Virus record (IMG/VR): IMGVR_UViG_3300023174_009220
Direction: 5' to 3' (one strand)
From: an uncultured virus (IMG/VR IMGVR_UViG_3300023174_009220)
Lineage: Duplodnaviria; Heunggongvirae; Uroviricota; Caudoviricetes
Length of the DNA stretch: 64,000 bases
Both the position numbers and the translations under genes were made by a program. Position 1 is the stretch's first letter. Every line of letters begins with the position of its first letter. Positions 57,841-64,000 of this stretch are shown one piece after another. The notes beneath the pieces are model-generated. The model was not told the DNA's origin, did no database searches, and saw only the letters and a list, made by a program, of their open reading frames with translations.

Positions 57841-58359
57841 TTACCAACCAGTTTGAGTATCGTCGTCGTTAAATGAAACTTCACTTAAAATAGAATAAAG
57901 AATAACTGATACTATAGCACCGACAACGAAAAGAAGACCATTAGAAATCAATAACCCAGTAAAAGCCGCAACAGCTGGCGCAAGCACTGACAAAACTACA
58001 AGTGATACTCCAGAAATACGAGCTATTCTTCTAAAAATTGAATTAACTTCTTCTTCTTCGTCTTCTTGATTAGATTCCACTACTAAAGGTTGTAGTTGAC
58101 TAGGTTTTCCAACAAAGTATTTGCAAAATCTTAATAACTTCATTACTTCTGACTTACCCACTTGAAGAAAACCATTTTTTATTTTCTCTAAAACATCTCT
58201 ATTTTTCTCTAAATAATCTTTAGCCCACTCAGCTCCGGATTTAATCTCTCCAGATAATTTAGACATCCAATTATTGAATTTGTCTTTAATCCAACTTAGG
58301 GCTTGATTAAACCAATTTTCGTTGATTTCAAATTTTTCAAAAGTTTTGATATATCTCAT
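57841..58359 (-). CDS. leader-tagged protein with two C-terminal TMs
   Basis: MRYIKTFEKFEINE; TTAATATATA upstream. Confidence 0.7.
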   Translation of the reverse strand: MRYIKTFEKFEINENWFNQALSWIKDKFNNWMSKLSGEIKSGAEWAKDYLEKNRDVLEKIKNGFLQVGKSEVMKLLRFCKYFVGKPSQLQPLVVESNQEDEEEEVNSIFRRIARISGVSLVVLSVLAPAVAAFTGLLISNGLLFVVGAIVSVILYSILSEVSFNDDDTQTGW

Positions 58360-58409
58360 AATAACTTGTTTTTTTATATATATTAAAAGTTATTGTCAAA
58401 AAAATGATT

Positions 58410-58520
58410 TTATTTCTTTTTCTTTATATCTTCAATCCACATGGAGATAGCAGAAGTTAAAACTATAACAATAAAGAAAGCAGGCACAAACCAATCTGAT
58501 AGAAATTTTAATATTTTCAT
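58410..58520 (-). CDS. 36-aa single-TM peptide (not in ORF track)
   Basis: MKILKFLSDWFVPAFFIVIVLTSAISMWIEDIKKKK*. Confidence 0.5.
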   Translation of the reverse strand: MKILKFLSDWFVPAFFIVIVLTSAISMWIEDIKKKK

Positions 58521-58543
58521 TTTTTTATTTTATTTTTATCAAA

Positions 58544-61500
58544 TCATCTTAATAAATTAACATGACCTGTAAGTGTAATTAATTCCGCCTGATTTGTGGG
58601 TCTATATGATATTTTATAAGTATAAGTTCCACTTTGACAATCTAATCCTTCAATTCCATAAGATCCGTCCCAACCTATTTGTGGGTCTAACGATTCAAAT
58701 AGAATTTCTCCCCATCTATTGTAAATCAACATTTTGTAGTCTTCTTTTGAAACACCGTTAGAAAATGTCGGAACAAATGTTTGATTGAACTTATCACCAT
58801 CTGGTGTAAAAGTATTTGGAATATAAAATTGAACTGCTAAATTAGCCGGTATCAAAACCGATATACTGTCCTGACAACCCATCTGTGTTGTAGCAATTAG
58901 AGTGACTGTAAATCCACTGGTTGTTCCAGAGAAAAGATGCGAAGGATATTGTTGGCTCGAAAAAGTGCCGTCTCCAAAATTCCAAACCAGTCCAGTTGCA
59001 CCAGAAGAGGTATTATTAAAATTTACCAATTGATTAATCTCCGTAAACACGGGTGGATTTGGTATAAAGCTGGCAGTAGGATAGTCTTCAACGCAAATTA
59101 GATTAGTTTGGGTAGTAGAGTTTATACATCCACCTTGATTAGCAGTTAAGGTAATGCTATAGCAACCCCCATTATTGAATGTCATATTAACTTGTGGACC
59201 ACTGGCCACCGCACCAGAAGTAGAAGACCAATTATACACCGCCAGTTGACCTACAGTATCGGCTTCAAAATTCACAGTAACCGGAACGCAACCAGTTAGT
59301 GTATCCGCTACAAAACTGGCATTTGGAAGAGAATTAACAACTATTTGTGAACTTACTGGATTACTTTGACACCCATTTGCCGTGTATACCACGCTATAAG
59401 AAGTGGTGACCTGTGGACTTTCAGTAATTTGAGAAGTAGTTGAACCCTGTGACCAAAGAAATGTACCACCGGCCGGATTTGCGTTAGCAATTAGCGTTGC
59501 GGATTGTCCTACACAAATTGACACCGGATTGACCACAACTTGTGGAAGAACAGTAACAATAACTTGAGTAGAAAACGTTCCACTTTGGCACCCATTTAAG
59601 GTGTATTGACAACTCCAAGAGGTATTAATTTGTGGACTAACTGTAATAGTTTGAGTTGTTTGACCAGAAGACCATAACCAACTACCACCTAATAGATTCG
59701 GAGTCGCCACTAATTGAGTGGTCTCTCCAAAACAAATTGTGTCGGTTGATAAATTTAATTGTGGTATTGGATTCACCGTTACTAAAATGTTTGCAAGGGC
59801 TTGACAACCGTTCCAGGTATAAAGAATGCTATATTGAGTCGTAGTATTTGGACTAACTGTAATAGATTGTGTTTGTTGACCGGTCGACCAAATAACTTGA
59901 CCTGACGCAGGGAAATATTGAGGAGTCAGTGTTACAGTTTGACCAGAACAAATTGTAGTATTTGAAGTAGTAATCTGTGGCACCGGAGCAACCGTTATAA
60001 TGACTGAAGCACTGTCTACACAACCATTAGCCGCCGTTACAACAACTAAATAGGTTCCGGCAGTTGAAACCGAAACCATTGATTGAGTTCCTAAATTTTG
60101 ATTCCACTGGTATGTTCCACCACCAGTTGCTTGGAGAGTGATGGTTGGTGAGTTACAGTCAATAATTGTTGTTCCAGAAATATTTGTGATTGCAGCAATA
60201 GGTGGTGTGATATTTTGAGTTATTGTGATGGTTTGTGAAACTGGGCAACCATTTGGGTCTATCATATTTACTGTATATGTTCCTGGTGTAGTTATTATAT
60301 TGGTGTCATTTTGAGGAGTCAATCCACCAGTCCAAACATATGAAACACCACCAGTTGCTTGGAGTGTGATAGATGGATTAAGACAAGTTAATGTTGTAGT
60401 TGCTGTTAGATTTAATATTTGAACCGGTAACTGACTTAAAGATAACACAACTGCCGATTGAGAAGTAGCCTGACACCCATTTGCATCTTGAATAGTTATT
60501 TGGTAGTTTCCTACCCCTAAATTTGAAATGTTTTGAGTAGTAAGACCATTAGACCATAAAAAAGTGTAAGGTAAAACTCCACCAGACACGGTTGAATTAA
60601 CACTACCCGTGCCTCCAGCACATAAGATATTTTGAGGCTGAGTGGTTACAAAAACTGCAGATTGTGGTTGACTTATTATCACAGAAGTAGTTGCCACACA
60701 ACCATTGGCATCGGTAACGGTGACTTGGTAAGTCCCAGCGGATAATCCTGTTGGGTCTTCAACTGTTGAGCCGTTGCTCCAAAGATAAGTGTAAGGAGAA
60801 GTTCCACCAGCTGGTGTTAAATTGATAGATCCTGTAGCATTTCCAAAACAAAGAACATCTATATGAGTTGTTTGGAGTGTTAACGGGTTTTGTGGTTGGT
60901 TTATTGTCACAGAAGTAGTTGCCACACAACCATTGGCATCAGTAACGGTGACTTGGTAAGTTCCAGCGGATAATCCTGTTGGGTCTTCAACTGTTGAGCC
61001 GTTGCTCCAAAGATAAGTGTAAGGAGAAGTTCCACCAGATGGTGTTAAATTGATAGATCCAGTGGTGTTTCCAAAACAAAAAACATCTATATGAGTTGTT
61101 GTTAAAGATAGAGCGGCCTGTGGTTGGTTTATTGTCACAGAGGTAGTTGCCACACAACCATTGGTATCAGTAACGGTGACTTGGTAAGTTCCAGCGGATA
61201 GACCGGTTGGGTCTTCAACTGTTGAGCCGTTGCTCCAAAGATAAGTGTAGGGAGAAGTTCCACCAGCTGGTGTTAAATTGATAGATCCTGTAGCATTTCC
61301 AAAACAAAGAACATCGATATGAGTTGTTTGGAGTGTTAACGGGTTTTGTGGTTGAGTTATAGTGATTGAAACAGGAGAAGAAACGCAACCATCTATACTT
61401 GTTGCAAAGTAAGTATAGGTGCCTGGTGACAAATTAGTAGTTGGTGATCCACCATAAGTGTAAGGCGCATTGGCTTGTGAAGCTTGGAGTATGACACTTC

Positions 61501-64000
61501 CAGTTCCACCAAAACAAAGAACATTACTAGAACTAACAGATAAAACCGGAACTGGATAAACTATAAACTGAGATGTAGTCGAACATCCGGTATTGGTAAG
61601 ATAAGTAATCTGAGTGACTCCAGGTGACACTCCAGTAACTACACCGGACTGTGATACAGTAGCAACCCCAGGATTTTGACTACTCCAACTTCCAGAAGCA
61701 ACCGGATTTGATAGTTGTGAAGTCTGACCAACACAACTTTGCAGGTTCCCAGAAATTGGCTGTAGTGGATTGACAATAACGGTGGCTTGAGAAGATACAT
61801 TTGGACAAAGTGGCACTGAATAAGTAACTGTATAGGTGGTTGTTTGATTTGGTGTGACATTAATTTGAGAACTGGTCAAACCAGTTGGATTCCAAAGCCA
61901 GGTTCCACCACCAACAGTAGATGTCGCCAAAATAGTGGCCTGTTGACCTAAACAAACAGTATCTCCAATTGTAGTGACTTGGGGAATCGGGTTAATTTGA
62001 ACCGTAACCGGAACTAATTGTGAGGTGCAGTTTTGAGCATTTTGACCAGAAACCCAAAATTGAGTTGTTGTTTGTAAAGTTTGAGTGGTCCAAGTGGCAG
62101 TATTTGCTACTTGACCAGTTCCATTTTGATTAGAAAACCAAAGATAAGTGTTTAGACCAGAAGCAGTTAAAGTGGCTTGACCAGGACCACAAAGTGTTTG
62201 GTTTGCTACAGTTGGTGGATTCGGTATAGCATTGACCGTAACTAAAACTGTCTGAGTAACAGAAGCACAACCTGGAACAGTGTAGGTAACCGTGTATTGT
62301 TGAGTTGAATTTGGAGAAACTGTGATCTGAGAGCCGGATAAATTTCCTGGTTGCCAACTCCAACTTCCACCAGGTGTTGTAGAAGTTGCGGTAAGTTGAG
62401 CAGTTTGACCCTGACAAATAGTAGCACCCGAAGTGTTAATAACAGGAATAGGATTTACAGTAACTGTGACCGGAGTAAGTTGTGAAGGACAACCGGCATT
62501 TATGTTCCAACTGATGGTGCCGCTGCCATTTCCGTTGCCAACTCCAGGTGTAGTAGATCCACCAACAACTCCTCCAATAAACGAAGAACCGCCGCCGCCG
62601 CCAGCAGACCAACCTTGGCCGTGATTTTGTGTTGATGTTCCACCACCACCACCCCAGTATCCGCCTCCGCCACCTCCACCACCTGCGGCGTTATACCCAG
62701 TAGAACCAGCACCACCTTGTCCTAAAGTCCCATTTGTTGCCCCTCTAGTCAGTGTCCAGGCTAATCCACCGGCTACTTGTGTTCCACCAGTTCCACCATA
62801 TCCAGAAGAAAAGTTAGCAGATGCGGTTCCTGAAGTTCCACCACCAACACCAGTAGCCCCGTCTCTTCCACCACCGGCTCCACCAGCGGCAACTATAACT
62901 CGATTAGCAAGAGCCGTTCCACCCACTCGTATATCCGAAGCACCACCGCCACTTCCTGCGTGTTGACCGGCGCCGATGTCAACACCACCCTGGCCGCCAC
63001 CATTCCAACCAGGCAGTCCACCAGAATTTCCACCCTGGCCTCCAATATAAATGTTTATTGTTTGACCGGCGGTAAGTGCTAGAGAACCAGTCGCTTGACC
63101 ACCAAGACCACCTTGTGTATTTAATCCGTTTCCACCACGAGCTCCTGTTAAAGTGATGGTATAGTTTCCAGTAGCCGGTGCAGTAAATGTTTGAGGAGCA
63201 CCAGTATAATTGAAGGTTTGTTGACCGGTTGATACCCCTGCGCCAGCAATTCCAACATAATAAGTAGTAGTGTTTTGTAAAACTGGTGTAGTATATTGTT
63301 GTGTATTAGCCAATTGACCAGTGCCATTTGAATTAGCACACCAAACATAATTTGCACCTCCGGTTGCCGTTAAAGTAGCTTGACCTGGACCACAAAGTGT
63401 TTGACCAGAAGCTTGTGGAGCCAAAGGCGCAGCGATAACTGTAATTGTAACCTGAGCACAACTGGGACTAAAATTTCCACCACTAAAATTATTAACAAAA
63501 TAAGTAGTTGTTACCAAAGGTGTGACGGTGATGTTTTGACCAGTTCCAATTTGAGTACCTTGACAACTGCCGGTATACCAAGTCTGTGTTCCAACAGCAC
63601 CATTAGCCGTAAGTGTAACAGTTTGACCAGAACATATAGTATTTGACGAGGCGGTAATACTTGTTGGTGGGCTGACACCACCAGCACAATTAGTAGAACG
63701 ATATCCTAGGACTCGGCTAAGTCCACAAGCACAAGTAGCACCCTGTGCCCAGCTACCAAGTTGAATATAATAGGTGGCGGTGGCAGGAGCGGTCCAAGAG
63801 ATATAAGAACCCAATCCGCAGTAATCATCATTTGAAGTTTGTATACCAGTAGTTGGTTGCGAGTTTATTGTTAAATAGGTATCACCAGTATAAGAGGCAC
63901 CAGGTGCAGTAGATTGGCAATAAGTAAATTGATAGGTACACCCAGCCTGAGCTTGAAATGATAAGTATCCGTGGCAGGTTTGTGGATAATACTGCCAGGT
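58544..64000 (-). CDS. large SprB-like adhesin with T9SS type B (CHU_C) C-terminal domain; 5' end outside the window
   Basis: Frame open to 64000; Gly-rich domain, Ig-like repeats, SprB repeats GGTSPYTYLWSNG..VTVTDANGC, PKD WNFGDG, C-term YIPNTFTPDGD..N..F..IYNRWGE..WDG..GTYTY..GHVNLLR. Confidence 0.9.
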   Translation of the reverse strand, partial: TWQYYPQTCHGYLSFQAQAGCTYQFTYCQSTAPGASYTGDTYLTINSQPTTGIQTSNDDYCGLGSYISWTAPATATYYIQLGSWAQGATCACGLSRVLGYRSTNCAGGVSPPTSITASSNTICSGQTVTLTANGAVGTQTWYTGSCQGTQIGTGQNITVTPLVTTTYFVNNFSGGNFSPSCAQVTITVIAAPLAPQASGQTLCGPGQATLTATGGANYVWCANSNGTGQLANTQQYTTPVLQNTTTYYVGIAGAGVSTGQQTFNYTGAPQTFTAPATGNYTITLTGARGGNGLNTQGGLGGQATGSLALTAGQTINIYIGGQGGNSGGLPGWNGGGQGGVDIGAGQHAGSGGGASDIRVGGTALANRVIVAAGGAGGGRDGATGVGGGTSGTASANFSSGYGGTGGTQVAGGLAWTLTRGATNGTLGQGGAGSTGYNAAGGGGGGGGYWGGGGGTSTQNHGQGWSAGGGGGSSFIGGVVGGSTTPGVGNGNGSGTISWNINAGCPSQLTPVTVTVNPIPVINTSGATICQGQTAQLTATSTTPGGSWSWQPGNLSGSQITVSPNSTQQYTVTYTVPGCASVTQTVLVTVNAIPNPPTVANQTLCGPGQATLTASGLNTYLWFSNQNGTGQVANTATWTTQTLQTTTQFWVSGQNAQNCTSQLVPVTVQINPIPQVTTIGDTVCLGQQATILATSTVGGGTWLWNPTGLTSSQINVTPNQTTTYTVTYSVPLCPNVSSQATVIVNPLQPISGNLQSCVGQTSQLSNPVASGSWSSQNPGVATVSQSGVVTGVSPGVTQITYLTNTGCSTTSQFIVYPVPVLSVSSSNVLCFGGTGSVILQASQANAPYTYGGSPTTNLSPGTYTYFATSIDGCVSSPVSITITQPQNPLTLQTTHIDVLCFGNATGSINLTPAGGTSPYTYLWSNGSTVEDPTGLSAGTYQVTVTDTNGCVATTSVTINQPQAALSLTTTHIDVFCFGNTTGSINLTPSGGTSPYTYLWSNGSTVEDPTGLSAGTYQVTVTDANGCVATTSVTINQPQNPLTLQTTHIDVLCFGNATGSINLTPAGGTSPYTYLWSNGSTVEDPTGLSAGTYQVTVTDANGCVATTSVIISQPQSAVFVTTQPQNILCAGGTGSVNSTVSGGVLPYTFLWSNGLTTQNISNLGVGNYQITIQDANGCQATSQSAVVLSLSQLPVQILNLTATTTLTCLNPSITLQATGGVSYVWTGGLTPQNDTNIITTPGTYTVNMIDPNGCPVSQTITITQNITPPIAAITNISGTTIIDCNSPTITLQATGGGTYQWNQNLGTQSMVSVSTAGTYLVVVTAANGCVDSASVIITVAPVPQITTSNTTICSGQTVTLTPQYFPASGQVIWSTGQQTQSITVSPNTTTQYSILYTWNGCQALANILVTVNPIPQLNLSTDTICFGETTQLVATPNLLGGSWLWSSGQTTQTITVSPQINTSWSCQYTLNGCQSGTFSTQVIVTVLPQVVVNPVSICVGQSATLIANANPAGGTFLWSQGSTTSQITESPQVTTSYSVVYTANGCQSNPVSSQIVVNSLPNASFVADTLTGCVPVTVNFEADTVGQLAVYNWSSTSGAVASGPQVNMTFNNGGCYSITLTANQGGCINSTTQTNLICVEDYPTASFIPNPPVFTEINQLVNFNNTSSGATGLVWNFGDGTFSSQQYPSHLFSGTTSGFTVTLIATTQMGCQDSISVLIPANLAVQFYIPNTFTPDGDKFNQTFVPTFSNGVSKEDYKMLIYNRWGEILFESLDPQIGWDGSYGIEGLDCQSGTYTYKISYRPTNQAELITLTGHVNLLR
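60663..61353. repeat. three near-identical 228-bp tandem repeats (SprB units)
   Basis: ACAGARGTAGTTGCCACACAACC recurs at 60681, 60909, 61137. Confidence 0.9.

Noticed and set aside
1..64000. Stop-codon reassignment
   Set aside because: Recognisable genes are full length under code 11, and TAA, TAG and TGA all end genes

Overview
An AT-rich, gene-dense 64 kb segment of a very large (jumbo-class) tailed phage, most likely infecting a Bacteroidota host. Evidence for phage and host: a T4 gp6-like baseplate gene, two Dam-family methyltransferases, HNH and PD-(D/E)XK nucleases, more than ten Bacteroidota-type TAnnTTTG promoter boxes, a recurring AATATATA late-promoter-like box and a T9SS type B (SprB-like) cargo protein. 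Host-like auxiliary genes include HU, Hc1-like, DHFR, FolD, Gmk, CorA, RlpA, TlpA, an M50 protease, Skp-like, PspC and glycosyltransferases. Most striking observations: (1) a tRNA(CAT) gene split at one exact breakpoint by a ~740 bp cassette carrying a structured element, an intact variant of the same tRNA and an HNH nuclease, plus an older scar at the same breakpoint; (2) a tRNA-Arg(TCT) with a 209-nt group I intron; (3) about 15 unrelated proteins sharing an N-terminal leader like the T4 capsid-targeting sequence, with cargoes including an adenylate cyclase, an ADP-ribosyltransferase-like domain, a zeta-like kinase and a leader-only 13-aa micro-ORF; (4) a separate shared C-terminal R-x-x-x-[LIF]-x-x-L tag on about 8 proteins; (5) seven 28-bp palindromic boxes around a ribbon-helix-helix gene, next to a ~1 kb repeat-rich origin-like region. 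All calls are by-eye motif recognition; no database searches were run.
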